Shown here one piece after another: positions 1 through 12,524 of a stretch of 64,000 nt of DNA. Made by a program: the position numbers and the translations under genes. This DNA is from Hypanus sabinus (Eukaryota), in assembly GCF_030144855.1 (NCBI RefSeq), contig NC_082722.1, positions 28,892,001 to 28,956,000 of the forward strand, written 5' to 3'. How positions within the stretch are numbered: position 1 is the stretch's first letter; each line of letters starts with the position of its first letter. Under the pieces are notes generated by a model, which worked only from the letters and a program-made list of their open reading frames with translations, was not told the origin of the DNA and did no database searches.

Positions 1-647
1 TCTTTGCAATTCTACACCAATTTAACATTCCCACACAACATGAATTATTTATTTTTCATATTAAACATTTTAGTCACTTCACAACTTCAGTTAAAACCAC
101 TAATTCATTAATCACAAATGAATAGAGTTTTAGTTATAACAGCATGGAAAGAAGCTCTTTGAATTAACTGGTCCTTGCCAACCAAGATATCCATCTAAGC
201 TGTCCCATTTACCTACATTTAGCCCATATTTTTTTTTAACATTTCCAACACATGTACAGTGGCATGCAAAAGCATTCAACCCTCCAATAAATGAGTAGTA
301 CAACCAGGGATCTGGATCAACTTAACTGAAAATTTTTACTTGTGAATCACATGAATCACTTTTTTCACAGTAGAGCCCAAAAAACAGGAAAAATTGCAAA
401 GCATGAAAACTGAAAAATCCAAAACCTGAAATGTCAGCAGTTCAAATGTATTCATCCCCACTTTGCTCAGAACTTAATTGAACCACCTCTTGCAGTTATT
501 ACAGCTAGTCCTTTGGATATCTCACTATTAGCTTTGCACAATGTCATGGAGCAAGATTTACTCATTCCTCCTTGCAAAATTGCTTAAGCTGTACCAGGTT
601 AGTTAGGGAATGGCAGTGGACAGCAATTTTGAGGTCTTGCTAGAGAT

Positions 648-1682
648 AACACACACAAAATGCTGGAAGAACACAGCAGGCCATGCAGCATCTATGGAAA
701 AGAATAAACAATTGACGCTTCGGGCCAAGACCCTTCATCAGGACTGGAAAGGAAGGGGAACAAGTCAAAATAAGAAGTTGGGGAGAGGGGAGGAAGTGCA
801 AAGTGGCAGGTGATAGGGGAAACTGGAAGAGAAGGAGAGGTGAAATAAAGAGGTGGAAATTGATTGGTGAAAGAGATAAAGGGCTGGTTAAGGAGGAATC
901 TGATAGTAGAGGACAGAAGACCATGGAAGAAAGGGAAGGGGGAGGAGCACCAGAGGGAGGAGTTGGGCAGGTAAGAAGAAAAGGCAAGAAGGAAATAGGA
1001 ATGGGGAATTGTGAAGTGGGGGGGCGCAATTACCAAAAGTTCGAGAAATTGATGTTCATGCCATCAGGTTGCAGGCAATCCAGGCTGAATACAAGGTGTT
1101 GCTTCTCCAACCCGAGCATGGCCTCAACGTGGCAGCAGAAGCGACTACGGACTGACATATCAGAACGGGAAACAGAACTAAAATAAGTGGCTACAAACAA
1201 ATCCCGCTTTTTCTGGCAGATGGAACAAAGGTGCTCGACAAAGCAGATTCCAAATCTATGTTGGGTTTCACCAACACACAAGAGACCACACTGGGAGCAC
1301 TGGATACGGTAGATGACCCCAACAGACTCACAGGTGAAGTGTCAGCTCACCTGGAAGGACTGTTTAGGGCCCTAATTAGTAGTGAGAGAGGTAGTATAGG
1401 GGCAGGTATGGCAGTTGTTCCACTTGTAAGGATAAGTGCCAGAATAATGGAGCTTAGTGGGGAGGGACATTTGAACAAGGGAGTCGCATTGGAAGCAATC
1501 CCTGTAGAAGACAGAAGGGGGAAGAGGGAGGATGTGCTGGGTGGTGAGATCCCATAAGTTATGGAGAATTATTTGCTGGATGCTGAGACAAGTGTAGTGG
1601 TAAGAAAGGACAAGAGGAACCCTCTCCCTGGTGTGGCGATGGAAGAATAGGGTGAAAGCAGATTGCGTAAAATGAAAAGATG
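648..1682 (-). mobile_element. Penelope-like element (PLE) 3' fragment (GIY-YIG region + hammerhead tail)
   Basis: ORF 1030-1281: VGETQHRFG..FVEHL..LEKQHLVFSLDCLQPDGMNINFSNF is a typical PLE GIY-YIG C-terminus; pyrimidine-rich 3'UTR; CTGATGA...GAAG motif. Confidence 0.85.
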
Positions 1683-4330
1683 ACGTTCCAAGGAATAAGG
1701 TCCCAACCTATTCAATCTTTCCTTACAACTCAGGTCCTCTAGACCCGACAACAGCCTTGTAAATTTTCTGTACTCTTTCAACCTTGTTTACATCTTTCCT
1801 GTAGGTAGGTGACCTAAACTGCGAACAATACTGCAAATTATGCCTCAATGTCATATACAACTTCAACATAACATCCTATCTTCTGTACTCAGTATATTAA
1901 TTTACGAAGGCCAATGTACCAAAAGCTTTATCACCCTACCTACCTGCGATGCCACTTTCAACGAATTATGTACTTGTATTCCCAGATCCCTTTGTTCTGC
2001 TTCACTCCTTAATGCCCTACCGGTCACTGTGCAAGACCTACTGGTTGGTCCTACCAAGGAGCAACACCTTGCACTTGTCTATATTAAATTCCATCTTTCA
2101 TTTTTCAGCCCAGTTTTCCAGCTGATGCAGATCCCTCTGCAAACCATGATAGCCTTCCTCACTGACCACTACACCCCCCATCTTGGGGTCATCCACAAAT
2201 ATGCTGACCCAGTTAACCATTATATCATCTACATCACTGATATAAATGATAAACAAAGGACCCAGCACAAATCCCTGTGGCACACCACTAGTCACGGGCC
2301 TCCAGTCAGAGAGCCAACCCTCTACTACCACTCTCTGGCTTCTCCCACAAAGCCGATGTCTAATCTAATTTACCTTTTCCTGAATGCTGATGACTAAATC
2401 TTCTTGACCATCCTCCCATGCAGGACCTTGTCAAGTGCCTTACTCAAGTCCACTGCCACTTTGCTGGTAACTTCCTTGAAAAATTCTAGAAGATTGGTTA
2501 GGCATGACCTACCACACACAAAGCCATGCTGACTATCCTTAACCAATCCCTGTCTATCCAAATAATCATATATTCACAAATAATGATCCAAATAATCACA
2601 AGATCCCTTAGAACACCTTCCAATAACTTCCCAACAATTGATGTCGGACTTACTGGCCTGTAATTTCCTGATTTCGGTTTAGAGGCTGTTTTAAATAGTG
2701 GAACAACATTGGCTATCCTCTAATCCTCTGGTAGTTTGCCTGCTGCTAAGGATATTTTAAATATCTCTGCTAGTCCCAACAATTTCTGCACTTGCCTCCC
2801 ATAGAGTCTGAGGGAACATCCTGTCAGGCCTGGGGATTTTATCCACCCTGATTTGCCTCAGGGTTGCAAGCAGCTCCTGCTCTGTTATCTGTATAGGGTC
2901 CATGAAGTTGATGCCACTTTGACCCACTCCTATAGACTCTGTATCCGGCTTCCGAGTAAATACAGACGCAAAGAATGCATTTAAAATCTTGCCTGATCTG
3001 CTTTGGGTCTACATATGGATTATCATTCTAGTTTTTGTTCCCAGCAATCATTTTGCTTTTATCATACCAATAGAATCCCTTAGGATTCTCCTTCACCTTG
3101 CCTGCTAAAGCAACTTCACGCCTTCTTTTAGCCTTCCTGACTTCTTCCCTGGAAGAGAGCCCAATGGTCCTAAAGTCTGAAGCCCTCCCACCTACACCAA
3201 CTCCTTAGCGTCACATTAAATCTTCCAAGTTCTGGCCTCACTAGCATGTGGCACCGTAAGCAATCCTGAGATCACAACCCAGGCAGTCCTGCCTTTTAAC
3301 TTAGCACCTCACTCCCTGAACTCCCTATACAGAACCTTGGCTCTCATCCTACCCACGTAATTGGTACCTACATGGACCACGACTTCTGGCTGTTCACCCT
3401 TCCACTTAAGAATGCTGAGGACCCAATCTAAGGAGTCCCAGCCCCAGGCACTTGGGAAGCAACATACCATCTGGGAATCTCATTCATTCCCACAGAGCCA
3501 ACAGTGCCCCTAACTAACGAATCCCGTATCACTACACTGTGTCTCTTCTCCCCTCTTCCCTTCTGAGTCAGAGCCAGACTCCATGCCAGAGACCCAACCA
3601 TTGCGTCCTCTGTTAGGTCAACCCCTCCTCTTTCATCCAAAGTGCTGTACCTGTTGTTGAGGAGGATGGCTACAGGGGTACTTTGCACTGGCTCCTTAAC
3701 CCCTTTCCACTTCTTGATTGTCACCTAGTTTCCTGTGTCCTGCACCTTGGGTGTAACTACCTCTCTAAATGTCTTATCTGCCACCCCTTCAGCCTCCTGA
3801 ATAATCCAGAGTTCATCCAGTTCCAGCTCCAACTCCTTAAAGAGAATTGTTAGAAGCTGCAGCTGGATGCACTTCTCACAGCTGTAGTTGCCAGGGACAC
3901 TGGCAGTCTCCCTGCCTTCCCAACATCCCGTAAGAGGAGCATTCCACTATCCTTTTTGGCATCTCTACTGTCCTAAATGAGCAGACATGAAGGAGGAAAG
4001 GGAAAAAAAATCAACCTAAAGCTTTTCTTTTCTCTGACTGAAGCCTCGAAGAGCTAAAGCCTCAAGTTCAAGCTCTGACTCTGTCCAATCAGACAACAGC
4101 TCCTACAATGATGACAACTGTAAAATGCCCCTTGCTTGCTTTAATTTTCTCTTGGTAATCAATCTCAAATATGGATTGGTCGCTGGTCAAAGCTCAAATC
4201 CGCTGCCACTGCACCCTTTTCTACTCTGGCACCTGACATGAGTGAGATTCCCTCCCCTCCTCTCAAGGTCAACAGATCAACCCAAGAGCTTTGGTCACTG
4301 GTCAAAGCTCTTGGATTGGTTGGTCTGTTG
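1683..4330 (-). mobile_element. CR1-clade LINE, internally deleted (ORF1 esterase-like + RT remnants)
   Basis: WRPVTSGVPQGFVLGPLFIIYISD..IFVDDPKMGG..LQRDLHQLENWAEK (RT); LLNNRYSTL..VIRDSLVRGT (ORF1); CCAAT-rich 5' region at ~4080-4320. Confidence 0.85.
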
Positions 4331-4679
4331 AAAATCTACCATACTGTTGGACTTTTCAGAGAGTGGAGGCATTTAGATTTTTATTAATTCATTGAAAACT
4401 GGTGATCCTCCAATATTCTACATCAATAAATTGGGTGAGTTGGTAAGATAATATGTTGTACCTGAGGAAAATGTGTAGTAATCACAAAGGGGTTGAATAC
4501 TTTCTCAGCCTTTTAAATTTTTAAACTGTTGACAGGTTTTGTAATTTTTCTTTTGATTTGATATGATGCATTGTTTTGTAGATTAGCTCAAAAATCCTTC
4601 TTCAATATATTTTAAATTTAGAACACTAGCCAGTAAAATGAGAAAATAGTTGTGGGGGCTGAATAGTTTCAAGGCACTG

Positions 4680-5230
4680 TATTTGACCAAGTGCCTTTTA
4701 AATGTTGTTCAGGTACCTGCTTCAATCATTTCATTTGGCAGTTCATTCCATATACCAAGCACCATCTGGGTACAAATGGTTGCCCCACAGGTTCCTAATT
4801 AAATGAATCCCCTCTCACACAAAACTATGCCCTCTAGTTCTCTATTCCCCAACCTTGGGGAAAAACTGTGTGCCTCTCCTGATTTTATACACCTCTTTAA
4901 GTTCACCACTCCTTCTCAAATCTACAACATCAAAGATCTGGCAACATCCTTGTAAATCAGTCCTGCACTCTTTTCAGCTTAATGGCATCTTTCCAACAGC
5001 AGGGTGACCAAAACTAATTACAATATTCCAAATGCAACCTCACCAACAACTTGCACAATTACCACGAGCTCCCGACCTCTATACTCATACCAGACTGACG
5101 TAAATCAACAAAGCCTTCTTCATCACATTGTTCACTGAGGATGCTGCAGCATGTAGACAATGTACTTGTAACTCCTGGGTCACACTATTTCACAAAAGAT
5201 CCCACAGCCTTAATGTAGACTGTGGAAGTC
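4680..5230 (-). mobile_element. CR1 3' fragment (other half at ~125-256), split by the Tc1 relic
   Basis: Removing 257-4681 rejoins catgTA|tttgaccaagtgccttttaaatgttg, a CR1-type 3' end like other copies in the window. Confidence 0.7.
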
Positions 5231-5519
5231 AAAAATACTGGTTTGTTTTCTATGTTCATAATACTTTTCCCACAAACACATTTAGATAAGTAACTTTCCT
5301 ACCCCCATACCATCAATACAAACACTAGTAAAGACAGTTTTTGTATAAAATGTTCAAGAGCAACATCAGTAGCATCCAAAGGCTGCAATACCCCACTGCC
5401 TTTGCAGTAAAAAAAAATGGCACAGAATGAAGAATAAAATCTAGACAGGTCATAAACTATATACTGAAACATGTCCAAATCAGACCAACAGTTATCTGCT
5501 CAGCCATTTTCAGACATTC

Positions 5520-5765
5520 ATTTAGCATGAAAGTTCTGAATAGGCCCTTCAAGCCACAGTGTCTCAGAAACCCCCAATAAACCCAATTAACTCTACTCTA
5601 ATCACAGTACAATTTACAATGACCAATTAAGCTAAGTCTTTGGATTGTGGGAGGAAACCCACGGGGAGGACGTACTGAGACTCCTTAGAGAATGGCGCCA
5701 GAATTGAACTCCTGAAAGCCCTGAACGGTAATAGCATAACACCAAGCACTATGGTACAGTGGCAT
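5520..5765 (-). mobile_element. tRNA-derived SINE (V-SINE-like)
   Basis: B-box-like GAGTTCAATTC on minus; GTGGGTTTCCTCCCACAATCCAAAGAC V-domain-like core. Confidence 0.6.
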
Positions 5766-5885
5766 GATTGGTCAGGTGCCTAATTCTGCTCCCATGTCTT
5801 GTGTCTTGCAGAGAATACCAAGATATTAAATTCCTGAAAACAAAATATACAGTGTTCTATAGTATACCATCAATTTCTTGCTGAC

Positions 5886-6066
5886 CTGCACTTAAAGTCT
5901 CACTGTCTTCCTCAGCGGGCAGAACCTCTGTGTGCCTCGGCCGACATCTGCTGACATCCTGAATGCCGAAACTGAGCACTGGGAGGGTAAGCAAGAATTC
6001 AGATATGGAAACAAAATGGGCTTTGCCATCATCCTGATTCTGATGTAGCTCCATCACATACAATAC
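5886..6066 (-). CDS. EDC4: EDC4 coding exon 12 (gene continues beyond position 1)
   Basis: VLYVMELHQNQDDGKAHFVSISEFLLTLPVLSFGIQDVSRCRPRHTEVLPAEEDSETLSA; 181 nt; CAG/GTCAG. The 3' boundary is slightly uncertain because of a second in-phase GT at 5867. Confidence 0.9.
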
Positions 6067-6789
6067 CTGCAATAGTTAAACAGCAATTTAATTTGATTTG
6101 AACAATACAACGTAAGAACACTATTAAAAATTATATAAAGGGAGCTTGTGCTTATTTACACTATTAATCCAAAGCAGTTCTATGTCCAAAAATTAAAGGG
6201 TCCAGTTAATTACCAATGACAAAAAACAAGATTTTTTTTAAAAATGCAAATAGTTAATTAAGACTTTTAGTCTAATGTTTTAGCAAAGTGTGATAGAATA
6301 CAATGGACGACTATACTAGAATGGAGGGCTCAATCCAGCAAGCTGAAGTTATAGATATAGCTAAGATCAAAGCCACAAAAGAATTTGTAAATATTTAAGA
6401 TTAAGATCCTTCATTTTCCCACCCAACAATATTTAACAGAAACTAGCAATGGACAGTAATAATAGAAGAGTTAGATTTAGCACACAAAACTTCTGGACAA
6501 TTTGGACAAAGATGCTTTAAACCAATGAGGAAGGCACCAGAGAGAATTGATCTTGTACTTGAACAATGGCTGAATGACACAAACCATACTTAGATGCAGG
6601 ACTTTTGGTAATAGAAAAGTATGGTTGGTAACTCAGCTTAGGATTGAAACAGGATATTAAAATATTAACTTGTAGATTCAATGAGGGTGAGCAGATGAGC
6701 AGTAGAGGCTGAACTCAGCATTCCTGGCAGATACCACATTGGACAGTTTCAACCTTGCCTCAGAGGGCCTGTCCTGGACTCAGCATGTA

Positions 6790-7480
6790 TGTGCAATTAT
6801 GAAAGAAGCATGGCAGTGCCTCTACTTAGGAGTTTATGGAGATTCAGCATGACATCTAAAACTTTGAAGAACTTCAATAGATGTGTAGTGGAGAGTATAT
6901 TGATTGGCTGCATCATAACCTGGTGAAGAAACACCAATATCCTTGAAAGGAAAATCCTACAAAAAAATAATGGATATGGCTAGTCCATCACGGGTAAAGC
7001 TTTCCCAACCATTGAGCAGATGTATATGAAACACAGTCGCAGGAGAGCAGCATCCATCAGAGGTCCCCAGCACCCCTTTCGTGCTCTCTTCGCACTGTTG
7101 CCATCAGGAAGGTGGTACAGAAACCCCAGTACTCTCATCACCAGGTTCAGGAACGACTAGTGCCCGTTAGCCATCAGTTTCTTGAACCAAAGGATATAAC
7201 TTCACTTAACCCACTGAAATGTTCCCATGAGCAAACAACTCACTTGCAAGGACTCATTTCATGTTCTTGATATTTATAGCTTATTTATTTATTATTTCTT
7301 TTATGTACTTGCACAGTTTGTCATCTTCTGCACTCTGCTTGAATGCCCTAGTTGGACAGTCTTTCAACAATTCTGTTATGGTTATTATTCTATAGATTTA
7401 TTGGGTGTGCCCACAGGAAAATAAATCTCAGGGCCGCTTATAGTAACATACATGTACTTTGATAATAAAATTTACTTTGA
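6790..7480 (+). mobile_element. Rex1/Babar-type LINE 3' fragment
   Basis: Decayed FYRCVVESILIGCIITW-like and LLPSGRWYR-like motifs; tail GATAATAAAATTTACTTTGAA. Confidence 0.7.
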
Positions 7481-8302
7481 AATATGCCAACATTAATTTG
7501 GCAGACATCTTGCTTAACAGGTTACTCTAGTTCATTTTGAATTTTTTTGAATTCAAGGCTTGTTTTCAAAACCAGCTGGCTTTAGCTACAAAAAATGAAA
7601 CCAAGTTTGAAAAGAATAAAAAGTTTTCACTATGTTAAACACCAAGGAGAGCAGGGGAAAAAAAATCAAGGCACATCTTCCACTGTCCTTGGTCATCTCT
7701 TTCCTTCTAGTGTAGTCCCCAGTTTGTTTATCAGCAAGTAGGGTCCTAGCCATCCAAATAACATAGGAGCTGACTTAGAGTGAGCATTCAGTTTAATGGA
7801 CAGATTTGCACAGTTCCAAGATCACGGTTATTGAACACCTGAGAATTTCTTTGACATCCATAAACACTTAAATTCACATGCTAAAAATAGAAACAATAAA
7901 ACAAAATTTGAAGGTAATAAAATGCAATTTAAAAAGATTTAAAACAACTCAAATATCTTTTTTTTTAAAAAAGAACAACTGGAATGCTGGGGTAGGTGTT
8001 TCTTTTTAATTCATCTGTGAAAGGCACCAAGGCTGAATTAATATACCATAACAGATTTATTTACATCCTTCATCCAACATGCCTGTATGTTTCATTCTAT
8101 GCAGACTACCATCTATTTTTGTAGGATAAGGAAAGCAAGGTGAAAAGTGATTTGACAATGAGAAAAGTTCACACACAAATAAAGAAAAGTGTAATAGCTT
8201 GACTATTCTATTTCTAAATTGTGTACGAACTATTAGAATTAAAATACACAACAATGGAATTTATGCAGAGATTCACTGCAATAGACTAGGGAAAAAACTC
8301 AC

Positions 8303-8402
8303 TTTTCTCTGTACATCACTGAGGATTAGATATTCTGCAGATAGATCCAAGCTAGCTTTCAAACTAGGTTGCACATTAGTATTAAGAGGGTCAGGCATAA
8401 AC
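8303..8402 (-). CDS. EDC4: EDC4 coding exon 11
   Basis: FMPDPLNTNVQPSLKASLDLSAEYLILSDVQRK; 100 nt; TAG/GTGAG. Confidence 0.95.
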
Positions 8403-8928
8403 CTAAAGCACAAAAAAAACAAAAACAAGATAAATTTGATAGTTTCCCATCACATACTGCATCACTTAGTCTTAAATTGCCACAAAAATTATCAACTCAG
8501 AGGCAGGGAGAAACATTTAAAGAAAACTTTTTTAAATCAATTTTAAACAAAAAAAAGGGATAAAATTTTCTAAACCAACATAGAAACAGGAATAAAAAGT
8601 GCATGAGAAAACAATCCTGAATACAAAGCAAGTCTGATCAAGGTTTTAGAACACTGGCAAGCAAATGCAGCATTCCAGTGTTTTGAGAAAACACAATACA
8701 ATAATCTTGAAATAGCCACCATTCAGGCTGCAGCATGTTAAGATCCTATTAAACAGAATCTGAGAAGTTTTGTTTTAATAAATGAAATCAAACCTTTACA
8801 ACATTCAAGTCACAATCTATTTACAGATTTCTTACTTCAGCAAATGGACAAAATTAACATTAAAGATATAAACTTGGCACCAGATAAGCAGATATATAAT
8901 GTTAACTATTCCATTTTAAATACTATAC

Positions 8929-9024
8929 CTGATCGTTTGTAAACAAGTCCATGACACAGTACACCACATCTTCAGCTCTCGATTCTGACTAGCTCCAGTA
9001 ATTAAGAAACGCCAGAATGGAACT
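8929..9024 (-). CDS. EDC4: EDC4 coding exon 10
   Basis: VPFWRFLITGASQNRELKMWCTVSWTCLQTIR; 96 nt; TAG/GTATAG. Confidence 0.95.
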
Positions 9025-9829
9025 CTATAGAACAAAGGAAGGGGGAATAAAATATCTATCAGCAGTAGTCTAAACTACACCCAAAAAGCTTTACAGTAAC
9101 GAAGCAATTTGGAGCAAAGTGGTTTACAATATGACCTTTTTTTTGATTTGTAATAAAAGAGGTTGATCTACTCTTGGTCTTTTCATTCATCTTTGCTTAA
9201 AAACCAACTCTCCCACAACTTACTCTTAGTAGGCAAGAAACTTCACAAGAAGGTTAACTCTACACTCCACAACTCATAATGCAAATAACTTTAAGGATAC
9301 TTAGGTTTTTAAATCCCACATCAGATTTCCTTTGGAGTTAACAAAATAAGAGTTAAAAATAAGGGGAGGGAAAATGAAGACTGTGTCAAATGCACCTACT
9401 CAACAACTGCTTTTCTTATCACTATAGGAACACGTTTTATAAATGTTCCATAAGAATTTCACCTTTGGACATGAATGTCTGTTATGTTGGCCATGGTCTC
9501 CGATCAGTCAATTAATCTCATATTTTGTATTGCCATGAACTATTTTCGATAATGCTGGGGAAAAAAGGAAAATGGCTTTCCAGAAGTAAATTGAATTTTT
9601 GATATTTTAATTTAGTCCCTTCTAATCACACTGAAAATAAATTTCATGAAAAAGAAACACCCAGTGCTTTGCGGTTTGAGACACCACCAAATATCACATG
9701 GTAAAAATAACAATGGAACCTGGGTTAATTACAGTACAACCTCAATTAACTATTCACTTTTCCACTATAAATTTGGACTTGATTTTAAAAAACATTATTC
9801 CTTTATCCCACAGAAAACGCTCAGACTTG

Positions 9830-10310
9830 GCAGATCAGCCTTCATTATAAGACCATGGGAACAGATTTCAGCCACTCGGACCACTGAGCTCACTCCGCTA
9901 CTCCATTATGGCTGATTTAATAACCCTCTCAACACCATTCTCCTGTCTTCTCCCCACAACTTTGTCAGCCCCTGCCCCTGCTAGTCAAGAACCTATCAAA
10001 CTCTACTTTTAATATACCCAATGACTTGGCCTCCACAACCAACAGTGGTAATGAATTCTACAGTTTACAAACCTCCGGCAAAAAAAATTCCTCTTCATCC
10101 CTGTACTAAAGTGATATTCTGAGGCTGAGCTAAACTTTCCCACTATAGAAAACACCTTCTCCACGTCCAGTCTCTCTAGGCCTTTCAATATCCAATGTTT
10201 CAATGAGATGACCTCCCTGCCCATTCTTCTAAACTCCACTGACTACAGGCCCCAGAGCCATCAAATGCTCCTATGCATTGACCCTGTCAATCTCATGAAC
10301 CTCCTCTGAA
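9830..10310 (-). mobile_element. CR1 LINE 3' fragment
   Basis: EFRRM..KGLERLDVEKVF..MKRNFF..FVN motif (ORF 10009-10239); homologous to 18700-19000 and 57120-57500. Confidence 0.8.
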
Positions 10311-11114
10311 CCCATGCAGTGTTTCGATCACGCAAATATTAAATTATAAAGTAGAACGTTAATTGTCCTCTTCTGTAACTCTTGCTTAAATCACTCTTCT
10401 TTGATTTGAAGAAATCAAAGCTGGTTTGATGTTTGTTTCAATGAGCTTACAAGTGAGGCAGCTTAGTGGAGCTCCAACAATGAATGAAAGAACCCAAGTC
10501 CATACTCTTGATTGCCCACACTGCAACTCCCAATCTCATCCTCAATGTCAAAGAAAGGAGCTGAGCAAATCCCACGCTCTTCTGCACTGAAGGGTTGCAA
10601 GGAAGCAGGATAATGCAGGAAAGTACGCCAACCAGCTTTCGAATACTTCCTAATGGACAGTTTTAAAACAGTACATGGTCCAGAGGCCTAGAAAGGGGAA
10701 ATGAGAAGAGAAAAAAAATCCCAAAATAACTTTCCAATATTGCACCTAAGATCTTCCTCAGTCTCTAATCCTGTCTGTTGAGTCACAAAATTACGGCTGT
10801 ATTTCTACCCTGAAAAGAGTTGGGGGTTTTCCAAGGAAAAAGGTCAGGAATGTTTGAGTACTCTTCTATTTCAAAGTAGGTTGAGAACAAGCAGAACAAA
10901 AGGAATTGCTTTGAAAATTGTCATTTGTTACCTCAAAGTAACTTTAACAGATAAATCTTTTCATTCAGTTACCTATCTTAAGGACTATAATTTTCAATAG
11001 GAAATTATAAATTCATGCAGCACATTTCCAGAAGCAGATTTGCACAGAAATGTCCTTGTGTCCATTAAATGGAATACATGCATTTATAGATACACAGCTC
11101 CAGTATGAACTTAC

Positions 11115-11198
11115 TCTGGATCCTGTTTTATGTGATTATCACAAAAGAGAAGACAAGATAATGGTCCACCATCATGGGGCTTCCATTCATGAAGACAT
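11115..11198 (-). CDS. EDC4: EDC4 coding exon 9
   Basis: CLHEWKPHDGGPLSCLLFCDNHIKQDPE; 84 nt; CAG/GTAAG. Confidence 0.95.
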
Positions 11199-12318
11199 CT
11201 GAAAAGGTCCAAAGTGAAGCAATTAGGAAATGCATTAAAGATCAAAAGAATTTCAGATATCGAAGCCATATTACTTGACCAATAGGACATTTAGTGAGTG
11301 ATTAAAGGACAATCTTACTGATCTAACATTTCAAATATATACTGGAAATGGATTTTCATCTTGGCTACAATTGGATACTTGAGAACCACACTAAGAATAA
11401 ATATGTTTAATCCAATTTTACCTGCCTTGTGACTTCACTCCATCAGAGGTTCCTATTGTTCCACCCATCACCCTCCTCTGCTTTCATTCTACCTGGACTA
11501 ATCTCTTTCTCAGTTCCCAAAATAACTTTCCAATATTGCATCCAAAATCTTACTCAATCACTAATCCTGTCTGCTGAGTCACAAAATTGCAGTTGTATTT
11601 CTACTCTGAAAAGAGTTCTCAATCTCTTTCTCAGATGTAAAAAAAAGGTCCCTTTTCCAAAACATCAATTGTTTCTCTTTCTATATATGCTGCTTGATCT
11701 TGCTGAGTATTGGCACTTTGTTGGCTCATTTTTCTTTATCATATTCATTCAAGCCTACACAGCCAAATCCAACTCAAAGTGCATCAGGTTCTTCGATGAT
11801 ACAACAATGGTTAGCCTCATCGGCATTAATGATGAGTCAGCATAGAGAGGCTTGCCAGTTGGTGAGAACAACAATCTAAGTCTCAACGTGGACAAGACAA
11901 AAGGGATGGGCAAGGGGTAGACAAGAGATGGCAAGTGGGGACTGTTACCTTACTTTTCTTTTAATTGGTTAACTCTGCCTACGAAGTACCTCAGCAGTTC
12001 AGAGATATTTAATACAAAAAGTGTTAGCTGTGTTCAAACTTTTCACTTTTGTAATAATGCTAGCAAATTTTTGATAAAGCCTGATTGATATTTAATTAAT
12101 ATGTAAAAAACTATTCAAAGCAAATCAAAATCATTTGCCACAATTGTATCTCCAAGAATTTACGTAAATCATCTGCCACTTGCATTTCTTCAGAATGAGG
12201 TTTGTCTAAGATTATACAGCTTTAATTTTCTTCTTATAATTTTTATAAATCTAAGTGCACAATTTGAATAAAGAAGCAATCTGATCATCCAGCTTCAGCC
12301 AAAGCTAATTGTCTCTAC

Positions 12319-12428
12319 CTTGGTTGATCTTGCCCCTCTATATAGATCTGCCAAAACTTCACATATCCATCATGGCTTGCAGTTGCAAGGACTGTTCCAT
12401 CCGGTGATAAAGCTCCTTCACTGATTGG
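12319..12428 (-). CDS. EDC4: EDC4 coding exon 8
   Basis: PISEGALSPDGTVLATASHDGYVKFWQIYIEGQDQPR; 110 nt; TAG/GTAGAG. Confidence 0.95.
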
Positions 12429-12524
12429 CTAAAGGAAAGGCAAATTAGAAACGTAGGAAATATTGACTGAAACATCTTTATACATTTCTGAAGCTTCAAT
12501 AGCTTTTAAGGAATGACACTCAGA

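Larger units (their letters stand above)
257..4679 (-). mobile_element. Tc1-family DNA transposon relic with IR-DR ends, hosting nested PLE and CR1 inserts
   Basis: TA|CAGTGGCATGCAAAAGCATTCAACCC ... GGGGCTGAATAGTTTCAAGGCACTG|TA; inner direct repeats at ~440-460 and ~4488-4505; Tc1-like transposase 3' sequence at ~470-640. Confidence 0.8.

Noticed and set aside
610-1557. Overlapping 67-129 aa ORFs (also 12592-14057, 19545-20136, 44748-44996)
   Set aside because: Low-complexity readings of PLE purine/pyrimidine-rich tails; not host genes
5640-5765. tRNA gene
   Set aside because: Only a degenerate B box inside a SINE; no cloverleaf
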